DNA of 64,000 nt from Oscillospiraceae bacterium (GCA_009782475.1 WRIZ01000004.1:3989-67988); one strand, 5' to 3'; shown: positions 1 through 7,608, counted from the stretch's first letter. Notes: generated from the sequence alone by a model not told the origin. Translations and numbers: made by a program.

Positions 1-109
1 TGACGGGGTTGAACGCCGTCATCACCGCTTCCGTTTGCGGCGCGGCCGCGGGGACGAACGCAAGAACGAGGGATAAGGCCAGCGCGAGAGACAGGAGACG
101 GGTTTTCAT
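1..109 (-). CDS. 5' end of an exported protein (partial; continues past the window start)
   Basis: ATG at 109-107 on the minus strand, with an AAGAAGG SD-like motif about 9 nt upstream. Translation is MKTRLLSLALALSLVLAFVPAAAPQTEAVMTAFNPV, which is signal-peptide-like. The frame is open to base 2. The ORF is below the ORF-track size cut-off. Confidence 0.4.
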   Translation of the reverse strand, partial: MKTRLLSLALALSLVLAFVPAAAPQTEAVMTAFNPV

Positions 110-188
110 TGGACACAGCCTTCTTTCTTGATTATCAATCTCAGAATACCGTAAAACCCTTGTATTGTCAATGAAAGCAAAGTCCGCT

Positions 189-217
189 TTGACTTTACGG
201 AAGGTTTCAAGTATAAT
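189..217 (+). promoter_or_regulatory. sigma-A type promoter (TTGACT-17 nt-TATAAT)
   Basis: TTGACT at 189-194, a 17-nt spacer, and TATAAT at 212-217, about 30 nt upstream of ATG 248. Confidence 0.5.
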
Positions 218-247
218 GAAAATAGAAAGACGGAAAGGCGGATTCAC

Positions 248-1342
248 ATGGGAAACGAGCAGAAAATCATCGTGTTGGTTGACGATCAGGCTCTCAACCT
301 GACCATCGGCAAGAACCTGCTGAAAGACCTGTATAAGGTTTATACCATCCCTTCGGCCGAACTTATGTTCAGTCTTTTAGAGAATGTGAAGCCCGATTTG
401 ATCCTGCTGGACGTCATGATGCCGGACATGAGCGGTTATGAGGCCATCAAGATCCTCAAAAGCAACCCTGAGTGGTCGCGTATCCCGGTGATATTCCTGA
501 CGGCTTGCTCCGACGAGGAGAGCGAGCTGAAAGGGCTTAGTTTGGGTGCCATTGATTATATATTAAAGCCGTTTTCCGCGCCGCTGCTCAGAAAACGCAT
601 TGAAAACCAGCTTTTGGCCGACGAGCATAAAAAGAATCTGCAAATATTCAACGATAACCTCTCTGAAATGATCCGCCAAAAAACGGATAACGTCATCTTT
701 TTCCAAAACGCCATGCTCGACCTGATGGCCGATATGGCCGAATTTCCTGATGAGCTCTTTTCCGGCCATGCCGCGCGGGTTCAAAGGATCATGGAGATAT
801 TGCTGGATGCAATCATAGCGGAGGGCGCGTATAAAGATGAAATTGCCGGATGGGACAGATACAGCTGCGCCAAGGCGGCGCAATTCCACGATATAGGGAA
901 AATCGTCGTCAGCGACGCTATATTACATAAAAAGGGGACGCTGGAAGAGGAAGAGTTTACGCTGGTGAAAAATCATGTAAACGCCGGGCTTCAAATGCTT
1001 GTCAGGCTCGAAGGATTGGCGGACGAATCCCCCATCCTCAACCATGCCGAGCAGATCGTCGGCGGGCATCATGAGCGGTGGGACGGCTCGGGGTATCCGG
1101 CCGGGCTGAAGGGGCTGGACATTCCGCTGGAAGGACGCCTGATGGCCATCGCCGATGTATACGACGCGCTGATCTCAGAACGACCGTACAGGGAGGCGTA
1201 TTGCTTAGAAGACGCGCGTTCCGTGATCGAGCGGGGAAGCGGCACGGCGTTTGATCCCGAACTGGTACGCCTCTTCGGCAAATGTATCGAGCGGATCGAA
1301 GCGGTGGCGAAGGAGGATGGCAGTTGCATTTATCCACATTAG
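248..1342 (+). CDS. response regulator with a C-terminal HD-GYP phosphodiesterase domain
   Basis: REC motifs are present (VDDQ, LILLDVMMPDMSGYE, ILKPF). HD-GYP motifs are present (HDIGK, GGHHERWDGSGYP). Confidence 0.9.
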   Translation: MGNEQKIIVLVDDQALNLTIGKNLLKDLYKVYTIPSAELMFSLLENVKPDLILLDVMMPDMSGYEAIKILKSNPEWSRIPVIFLTACSDEESELKGLSLGAIDYILKPFSAPLLRKRIENQLLADEHKKNLQIFNDNLSEMIRQKTDNVIFFQNAMLDLMADMAEFPDELFSGHAARVQRIMEILLDAIIAEGAYKDEIAGWDRYSCAKAAQFHDIGKIVVSDAILHKKGTLEEEEFTLVKNHVNAGLQMLVRLEGLADESPILNHAEQIVGGHHERWDGSGYPAGLKGLDIPLEGRLMAIADVYDALISERPYREAYCLEDARSVIERGSGTAFDPELVRLFGKCIERIEAVAKEDGSCIYPH

Positions 1343-3651
1343 CGGCCGACCTGGTGCTGATGCTGGCTGTAGCCGGCGTCACATCGGTTATATTCAAAAA
1401 GATACGCCAGCCGCTGGTGTTGGGATATGTTTTCGCGGGGTTTTTGATCGGGCCTGTTTTTTCGGCCGCGGGGATGCCGACCGTGGGGGATATGGAGGGC
1501 ATCACCATATGGGCGGAAATCGGCATTATCTTCATCATGTTTGCCCACGGGCTGGAGTTCAGTTTCCATAAACTCGCCCGGGCGGGCCATACGCCGTTTG
1601 TAACCGCGCTGACCAAGGTATGCGGGTTGGCGTTGCTTGGATTTTTGGCCGGGCGGCTGCTCGGCTGGGGATTGATCGACAGCCTTGTTTTGGGCGGGAT
1701 GCTCACCATGTCGTCGGCGGCCATCATAGTCAAAGCCTTGGAAGAATTGAACCTGCGCGGGCGTGAATTTACGCGGATCGTGGCCGGAGCCTTGATTGTA
1801 GCCGACGTTGTCGGCGTTTTTTTAATGGTGTTTATGACCACATACACCCAAAATAAGAGCGGCGGTGAACTGGCCGTCGCCATCGCGCAGCTCATGCTCT
1901 ACTTTGCGCTTTGGATGATTTTGGGCATCTTTGTCATCCCGTCCCTCTTAAAACGGGCAAAAAACCTGATGAACGACGAAACACTGCTGATTGTGACGCT
2001 GGGCGTCTGTTTCGGGATGGCTTTCCTATTCTCGCAAATCGGTCTGTCAACGGCTTTGGGAGCCTTTATCGCGGGCTCGATTTTGGCCGGGACGATTTTC
2101 TCGGAAAAAACCGAACAGCTGCTAAAGCCGGTGAAAGACCTGTTCGGAGCCGTCTTTTTCATCTATGTGGGAATGCTGGTCGAGCCGGAAATCCTCGCCG
2201 CTTACGCCTGGCCGATCATACTGATCACCTTGGTGACGCTGTTCGGCAAGTTGGTGTTTTCGTCTTTGGGCGTCTTGCTGTCCGGCGGGAAACTGCATAC
2301 CGCCGTGACCTGCGGAGCCAGCCTGACCCAAATCGGGGAGGTTGCCTTTATCATCGCCGCATTGGGCCGGGAACTGGGGCTGACGGGTGATTTTCTCTAC
2401 CCCGTCATCGTTTCGGTATCGGTCATCACCACCTTTACCACGCCGTATTTCATCAAGTACAGTGATAAAATCTATCAAGTCATACAAATCATCACGCCCG
2501 CCAAACTGCTGAGCAAGATCGACGGGCAGCCGGACGCCGGAAAGACGGACAGGGAACCGTATTGGAAATGGTTTGCCAAACAATATGTCGCCGATACGCT
2601 GATCAAAGGGATCATCGCGTTCGGGTTCCTCCAGCTTGGTATCTACTTCATCGGGCCGTTTTTGGAGAAGGTGATCCCGTCTTTCGGCGGCAGAGCCTTG
2701 ACCGCCGGGTTCCTCCTGTTGCTGATGTCCCCATTTTTGGCCACTCTTTTATACCAGCGCGGAAAAAACGTCTCCATCAAACACAAGGCAAACCGTGTGC
2801 CGCTGCTGATCGCCATGACAATCAGGACATGTCTGACCGTCGCCATCATCCTATTCACCATTGTCCGTTTTTTGGGGTTTTCGTCGAGCTGGGTCGCTTT
2901 GCCGGTCGTGGCTCTTTTGATCCTGATTTCGCATAACGACTGGATCATGGGGCATTATCTCCATTTGGAGACGCGCTTTTTGGCCAATTTCCACGAGCGG
3001 AAGATCATCGACTCAACCGGGTCGGACATCGTGTATGACCCAAGCCACGGCTGGATCAGCGAGCGGCTGTGGGTGGGGGCGTATGCGGTCGGGGAGGATT
3101 GCAAAGACGCCGGCGCGGCGTTGAGAGACTTAAAATGGCGGCGCGATTATCATATCAACATCATCAAAATCGCCTCGGATAAAAAGCAATTCAACATACC
3201 GGACGCCGGGCATAAACTGCGCGCGGGGGATACCGTTTATCTGCTTGGCACCAAAGACAAACTGGATATGTTCGGGGCGGCCGCGGCCAAAAGCAAAACG
3301 TGGGTGCAGCGGCAGGGGGAGGCGGTGACCCTCCGCGACTTCATCGTCAGCAACGGCAACGACCACGGGGAATACCGGCTCTTTTGCTATTCGGTGCTGG
3401 TGGAAAAAGGGCGGCGTTTTGAAGGGAAAAACATCAAATCATCAAAAATAGGCTCCGATTTCAATTGCAACATCATCGGCGTTCAGCGGGATAATTACCA
3501 CATTATTTACCCCGCCCATCAGTTTGTGTTGAATCCCGGCGACCAAATATGGCTGTTGGGCGGCTATAAGATGGTCGGGAAACTGATTATGGACGACCTG
3601 ATCCAAACCGAAGAGAACGAATTGACCGACGCGCTTGACGGTCGGAGGTAG
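1324..3651 (+). CDS. CPA2-family cation:proton antiporter with two C-terminal TrkA_C/RCK_C domains (CpaA/YbaL-like)
   Basis: The N-terminus VTSVIFKKIRQPLVLGYVFAGFLIGP is typical of Kef/CPA2 exchangers. There are many TM segments. Two RCK_C-like repeats end in AGDTVYLLGTKDKLDMF and PGDQIWLLGGYKMVGKL. The start was chosen at TTG 1324 (AGGAGG at 1311-1316, 7-nt spacer); ATG 1282 and ATG 1360 are alternatives. Confidence 0.85.
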   Translation: MHLSTLAADLVLMLAVAGVTSVIFKKIRQPLVLGYVFAGFLIGPVFSAAGMPTVGDMEGITIWAEIGIIFIMFAHGLEFSFHKLARAGHTPFVTALTKVCGLALLGFLAGRLLGWGLIDSLVLGGMLTMSSAAIIVKALEELNLRGREFTRIVAGALIVADVVGVFLMVFMTTYTQNKSGGELAVAIAQLMLYFALWMILGIFVIPSLLKRAKNLMNDETLLIVTLGVCFGMAFLFSQIGLSTALGAFIAGSILAGTIFSEKTEQLLKPVKDLFGAVFFIYVGMLVEPEILAAYAWPIILITLVTLFGKLVFSSLGVLLSGGKLHTAVTCGASLTQIGEVAFIIAALGRELGLTGDFLYPVIVSVSVITTFTTPYFIKYSDKIYQVIQIITPAKLLSKIDGQPDAGKTDREPYWKWFAKQYVADTLIKGIIAFGFLQLGIYFIGPFLEKVIPSFGGRALTAGFLLLLMSPFLATLLYQRGKNVSIKHKANRVPLLIAMTIRTCLTVAIILFTIVRFLGFSSSWVALPVVALLILISHNDWIMGHYLHLETRFLANFHERKIIDSTGSDIVYDPSHGWISERLWVGAYAVGEDCKDAGAALRDLKWRRDYHINIIKIASDKKQFNIPDAGHKLRAGDTVYLLGTKDKLDMFGAAAAKSKTWVQRQGEAVTLRDFIVSNGNDHGEYRLFCYSVLVEKGRRFEGKNIKSSKIGSDFNCNIIGVQRDNYHIIYPAHQFVLNPGDQIWLLGGYKMVGKLIMDDLIQTEENELTDALDGRR

Positions 3652-3698
3652 GGAAACCGTAAACAAGAAATAATTCATAAAAAATTCACAATTATATA

Positions 3699-3727
3699 TT
3701 GACATTGTGAAAACAGACAGATATACT
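3699..3727 (+). promoter_or_regulatory. sigma-A type promoter (TTGACA-17 nt-TATACT)
   Basis: TTGACA at 3699-3704, a 17-nt spacer, and TATACT at 3722-3727. It lies about 185 nt upstream of the lipoprotein gene start. Confidence 0.5.
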
Positions 3728-3748
3728 GTAAACAATATGTATCATTGT

Positions 3749-3940
3749 CGCGCAGTCCAACCGCATTCACCGCAATCACAACCCAAAAGCAACAAAGGAG
3801 GTGAGGATTTGGTTTTGGGATTGCGCATTTATTTATTGGCTTAATGCGCGATTCGACAGCATTCACCGCGCCCATAGCATAGTATAACAACAAAGGAGGT
3901 GAGTTTTCGTTTTGAAATTGCGCATTTATCTACTTGCGCT
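3749..3940 (+). repeat. tandem duplication (period about 97 bp) of the leader, SD and first codons of the lipoprotein gene
   Basis: Copy 1 (3749-3841) and copy 2 (3846-3940) share GCATTCACCGC, then AACAAAGGAGGTGAG, then TTTTG..ATTGCGCATTTAT. By eye the copies are roughly three-quarters identical. Confidence 0.7.
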
Positions 3941-4925
3941 GATACCCGCCCTGCTGCTCGGCGGCTGCAAAATCGCCGAAGCGAAGCTGGAAGCGGGAGC
4001 CCCGGAGCCGGGAATCATCGAAGAACCCGCCAATGAGCCTGACGCCGATCCTTCCCCCGGAGAGGAGGCATTGGGGGAGGTTGAGTATACCATCGACCAG
4101 CCCTACATCTACCCCTTGACCCCCGCGATGACGGAAGAATGGAAAGAGGCTTGGGAGAAAGGGGGGGCGGCTGTATACAAAGCGTGCGAAGTGCCGCAGG
4201 AGCTTTTGGAGAACATGACCACAAAAGCCCTGCTCCAAACTGCGCTGGATTACCCCTTCTTCGTCAATGAGTATGCGTATAATACTCGTGAAATGGGGTT
4301 TGACGCGGCTGTTTCGCAAAACCGCGCGTTAAGGGAGTTGTGTAAAAGGCCGAACGCCACACAGGAAATTTTTGCGTATGAGATGGACTTGTCGCATTTT
4401 CCTATGATCTTTGACGAGGATACAAAAATCAGCATTATAAACAATCAGCTGGAATTATACATCGAGCTTATACCAATTTACGAAAGGAAGTTCAAAGAAG
4501 AAGCCGAAAATGCTTTGCAAAAGACAGACAAGACATACTCGATCAATGTACCGTATGCCTATCCAGTAACCCCCTCTATGGATGAATGGAGCAGCATGAA
4601 CAGCGCAGAGCAAATCAGCGCGTGTGATGTACCGTGGGAAATCCTGGAGAACATGACCACAAAGGCTCTGCTCCAAACGGTTTTAGATCACCCGCTGCTC
4701 TTCAATCTCTTCGAGTATGAGACTATTTCCGAGCAAAAATCCTTGGAAGCAAGTTTTCTCATCGTGCATGGATTCTGCAGCCCCTTGATGGAGTTATGGC
4801 AAAGAACAGACACAATGGAGGAATTACTTGCCTATGAAGCAGACGAGGGGGATACACTTACCAACAGCTACCTGGAAGCAATGATAGAAGTTCAACCAAT
4901 AATGTACAGGAGGTTTAACAAATAA
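3912..4925 (+). CDS. lipoprotein of unknown function with two internal repeats of about 105 aa
   Basis: TTG start with AAAGGAGGTGAG 8 nt upstream. The signal peptide has a lipobox (LLALIPALLLGGC). An internal repeat is visible: CEVPQELLENMTTKALLQTALDYPFF versus CDVPWEILENMTTKALLQTVLDHPLLF. Confidence 0.75.
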   Translation: MKLRIYLLALIPALLLGGCKIAEAKLEAGAPEPGIIEEPANEPDADPSPGEEALGEVEYTIDQPYIYPLTPAMTEEWKEAWEKGGAAVYKACEVPQELLENMTTKALLQTALDYPFFVNEYAYNTREMGFDAAVSQNRALRELCKRPNATQEIFAYEMDLSHFPMIFDEDTKISIINNQLELYIELIPIYERKFKEEAENALQKTDKTYSINVPYAYPVTPSMDEWSSMNSAEQISACDVPWEILENMTTKALLQTVLDHPLLFNLFEYETISEQKSLEASFLIVHGFCSPLMELWQRTDTMEELLAYEADEGDTLTNSYLEAMIEVQPIMYRRFNK

Positions 4926-4943
4926 AAAAGAAGGTGATTATAC

Positions 4944-5372
4944 ATGTATTTCCACGCTATTCCGCAAAATGATACATATAAAGACTTATTCGGCACAGTA
5001 ATCTATATGATGCAGGTATTTAAGCAAAAGGGGTGTTTGCGGCATTATATTGCGGAAAAAGACGTTAAGACTAACTATGAAAGCACCAAGAGTTTGATCA
5101 ATACAGCCCTAGGGTTGATCTGTGACGGGGTTGCCGACTCTATATTCAAGTTTATCATGGAATTTGAATATCATAAGATTGTTTGCAATAGCTTGGAGAT
5201 TGCGGAGAGTGAATTGCTGGAACTGACTTTAGCAAAGGATTTGCTGCATTATGTCAGGCAAGCTGACGACGATTCTGTATATCGCCTGCTTTGCTATGTT
5301 TGTACCAGTGCTGTGAGAAACGAGTTAACACCCACTACAGATTGGATCAATATTGAACTTCACAGTGACTAG
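4944..5372 (+). CDS. hypothetical cytoplasmic protein (142 aa)
   Basis: GAAGGTGA SD 6 nt before the ATG. The gene is AT-rich and sits 18 nt after the preceding gene. No signal peptide and no motif I can name with confidence. Confidence 0.6.
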   Translation: MYFHAIPQNDTYKDLFGTVIYMMQVFKQKGCLRHYIAEKDVKTNYESTKSLINTALGLICDGVADSIFKFIMEFEYHKIVCNSLEIAESELLELTLAKDLLHYVRQADDDSVYRLLCYVCTSAVRNELTPTTDWINIELHSD

Positions 5373-5414
5373 AAAAGAATCTTCTCAAACAATTAACAAA
5401 AGGAGAAAGAAATT

Positions 5415-6005
5415 ATGAAAACGAAAATTCTCAGCATCATGTTAGTATTGAGCATCCTTTTTCCGTTGTGCGGCAGCGCAAATGTAATTGCATCTGATGC
5501 AGATGACAAAGTCTCAGAGGTGGTTGCATTTAGCTTCAATATCTCCGCAGAGGTTGATTTTGACATTGGCGAGTATGAAGATATGATTCCGATTCTTGAG
5601 GATAACGGCATAATTATTGGGGATATACTCGCAATACACACATTTGGGGACAATTCATCACAAGCCAAATCAAATGAGGAGATTTCTAGGGCAAATCTTC
5701 AAATCCCAGGGGGCGTCATTGTCTTAACAGGACAATATATAAGCAGTAATGTATGGCAAATATCAGTGGTTAATGTAGGTCTCCTTCCGCTATACGACGT
5801 AGAGGCAGAAGTAACATTACATAGAAATAATATTCCATATGGGCCGGTGCTTTATTCAAAAAGGGGTCTTGGAGATTTTGGCATTGGAAGAATGACAACC
5901 GAAACGTATACTAATAATCTTAGTGTTGACTATGCAATGGTAACAGTAAAAGGCCGTACGTCACAATGGGAGTATTTTACGTTAAATGGAATACATGTAA
6001 GGTAA
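5415..6005 (+). CDS. secreted hypothetical protein (196 aa)
   Basis: AAGGAGA SD. Signal peptide MKTKILSIMLVLSILFPLCGSANVIASD. The C-terminal half has a beta-rich composition. Confidence 0.7.
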   Translation: MKTKILSIMLVLSILFPLCGSANVIASDADDKVSEVVAFSFNISAEVDFDIGEYEDMIPILEDNGIIIGDILAIHTFGDNSSQAKSNEEISRANLQIPGGVIVLTGQYISSNVWQISVVNVGLLPLYDVEAEVTLHRNNIPYGPVLYSKRGLGDFGIGRMTTETYTNNLSVDYAMVTVKGRTSQWEYFTLNGIHVR

Positions 6006-6027
6006 TATTATCGTTTTGTGTGTTTTG

Positions 6028-6059
6028 GAAGCCCGCGGCACTGTGCTTGCGGGCTTCTT
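6028..6059 (+). terminator. hairpin terminator after the 3912-6005 gene set
   Basis: GAAGCCCGC (12-nt loop) GCGGGCTTC forms a 9-10 bp GC-rich stem followed by TTG. The U-tract is short. Confidence 0.5.
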
Positions 6060-6084
6060 GAATGAGAATAAGTTTTCAAACCGC

Positions 6085-6113
6085 TTGACAAACACTCGTC
6101 CGCAGTATACAAT
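6085..6113 (+). promoter_or_regulatory. near-consensus sigma-A promoter (TTGACA-17 nt-TACAAT)
   Basis: TTGACA at 6085-6090, an exactly 17-nt spacer, and TACAAT at 6108-6113. The predicted TSS is around 6120. Confidence 0.55.
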
Positions 6114-6120
6114 ACCCTCA

Positions 6121-6370
6121 GCGGGGGGATTTCCCAGTAACCAAAACACAAAACATCACGGCAGGCCGAGGTGCGTCAACACCCCGGCACCTACATAAGG
6201 TGATCAACCCACCCTACACAACCGAAACCGGCACCGTGACAATGCGAGTATAACACATTATTCTCTCCTTCGCAAGAGCATGGTTCGCACGTGTAAGGGT
6301 CAAACGGGGCTGCTTGAGCAGTCTCCGCGCCTTGTACGTGTTTTTTGCTGTTACGGGAAATTCCCCCGGA
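6121..6370 (+). ncRNA. candidate structured RNA or long cis-regulatory leader closed by terminal inverted repeats
   Basis: 6122-6141 (CGGGGGGATTTCCCAGTAAC) pairs with 6350-6369 (GTTACGGGAAATTCCCCCGG), giving about 17 bp with two 1-nt bulges. The helix extends through AAAACAC (6143-6149) paired with GTGTTTT (6338-6344). An internal hairpin lies at 6306-6325. GC content looks core-like inside an AT-rich island. No convincing ORF is present. Confidence 0.35.
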
Positions 6371-6415
6371 TGCCTAGCGTACGCTTGGCGAAAAAGAACG
6401 GGAGGAAGAGAAACC

Positions 6416-6697
6416 ATGTATATCAAAGAGTCATCTCAGCAGCAATACGACCGCTTCTGCGGGGAGTTGAAGGAGAAAGCATTCAAAGAGCCGCAGGACG
6501 CGAGCTACTCGGTGAGCATCAAGATCAATGACATGCTTTACAACTTAAAGATACAGCCGGGGCCCGACCACAAACTGGTTGTTCTGCAAGCCTTGAGATA
6601 CGACACCAAGGACGACGGCGGAGAACCCACACTGATCAAGAAAAGCAAATTGCTCTCCGCCTTGCTGGAGATTGTGCTTTCGCAGGGGGTGGTGTAG
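6416..6697 (+). CDS. hypothetical protein (93 aa)
   Basis: ATG 6416 is preceded by GGGAGGAAG. This is the internal Met35 of track ORF 6314..6697; the upstream part of that ORF lies in the structured leader. Confidence 0.55.
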   Translation: MYIKESSQQQYDRFCGELKEKAFKEPQDASYSVSIKINDMLYNLKIQPGPDHKLVVLQALRYDTKDDGGEPTLIKKSKLLSALLEIVLSQGVV

Positions 6698-6811
6698 GGG
6701 GACAGGGTCAAAATCGCATTTTTGTCGAAACTTGCCGAACGATTTTTGTTGAAATTTTATAGATAATGTGATATATAATTCAACAGAATACTACATTGAA
6801 GAACAAAAGGA

Positions 6812-7075
6812 GTGGTTCCCAGTGAAGCGTATTGGACAGACGGCAGTTATTCAAGCCATACCGACAAACGAAACGCACTGGTCAATGACAGAACAGTGTA
6901 CAGGGACAATGGCATGGTGACACACTCAGCAATTATCAAATCAATTAAAGTAGACGGCTTACATAGAATCTTCACAGTCCAATCAAAATGGGGGGCATGG
7001 GGGCTTTACACACATCCCGAATCACATTGCCCATCAATTTATGGCACATCAATCATTGCCTATAAGAAGAATTAG
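6812..7075 (+). pseudogene. questionable ORF or gene remnant (87 aa)
   Basis: The frame opens only at 6800, and its GTG start sits inside the AAAGGAG SD. A 32-codon ORF in another frame (GTG 6822 to TGA 6920, MKRIGQTAVIQAIPTNETHWSMTEQCTGTMAW) has the better SD spacing. This pattern suggests a frame-disrupted gene. Confidence 0.3.
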
Positions 7076-7096
7076 TCTCGGAAGGCCAAATTTCTT

Positions 7097-7525
7097 ATGG
7101 TGAGGATGATTGCTATTAAAGGAATTTATTGGAGAGTTATACCAACCCTCTTATCCGGCATCCTTTTGTTAAGCGGGTGTGATGCACGAGAGACAAGCAA
7201 CCCTATAACACGAATCTATTCTGCAAGCATTGTATACAGTTACAGCAGCTTCAAGGCTCTGTTGAACGAAGAGGAAGCGAACGAACTCTTTGACATATAT
7301 GAACGGTCGGAACGGGAAGAAACAGATCAAAAAGCAGACATCGGTGAAGCATACAGTGTAAGAATCAGCATAGAGGGCAAGCCTGATGTATCCTTTTATC
7401 TTGACAGAAACGGCATTATGCGGGAAGAGGGGATGTCTTTCATCATACAGAGCGGCGAGCTGTTTGAGCATATTGACAGGATGCACAAAATCAAACATGC
7501 CGAACTGCATGAGGTGCCCCATTGA
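7097..7525 (+). CDS. putative lipoprotein (142 aa), unknown function
   Basis: N-terminal hydrophobic segment ending in the lipobox LLLSGC. Acidic, AT-rich gene. Confidence 0.6.
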   Translation: MVRMIAIKGIYWRVIPTLLSGILLLSGCDARETSNPITRIYSASIVYSYSSFKALLNEEEANELFDIYERSEREETDQKADIGEAYSVRISIEGKPDVSFYLDRNGIMREEGMSFIIQSGELFEHIDRMHKIKHAELHEVPH

Positions 7526-7547
7526 ATAATAAGGGTTATCGTAACAC

Positions 7548-7576
7548 TTGCGCGGCCGTGCCCGGCGTGGTATAAT
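7548..7576 (+). promoter_or_regulatory. glnA promoter candidate (TTGCGC-17 nt-TGgTATAAT)
   Basis: Extended -10 element TGGTATAAT at 7568-7576 and -35 TTGCGC at 7548-7553. The leader to GTG 7609 is short (about 25-30 nt). Confidence 0.45.
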
Positions 7577-7608
7577 CAGGAAAACCGCATATTGGGAGGG
7601 AACCTCAA

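Noticed and set aside
6121-6370. The idea that the structured segment is tmRNA, RNase P RNA, SRP RNA, 6S RNA or a T-box leader.
   Set aside because: The 3' end has no tRNA-like acceptor with ACCA, and there is no tag reading frame. The conserved RNase P (GGAAAGUCCGG-type) and SRP domain IV sequences are absent, as is the T-box motif. 6S RNA cannot be excluded from sequence alone, but no terminator follows. The segment is therefore kept only as an unclassified candidate.
6016-6531. ORFs 6016..6198, 6214..6426 and 6280..6531, plus the 5' extension of 6314..6697.
   Set aside because: None has an SD, and they overlap each other on both strands inside the inverted-repeat-bounded GC-rich segment. 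Only ATG 6416, with GGGAGGAAG upstream, looks like a real start.
7526-7608. A glutamine riboswitch, T-box or TnrA/GlnR box (TGTNA-N7-TNACA) upstream of glnA.
   Set aside because: The leader is only about 25-30 nt after the predicted -10 element. No TGTNA-N7-TNACA match was found by eye.
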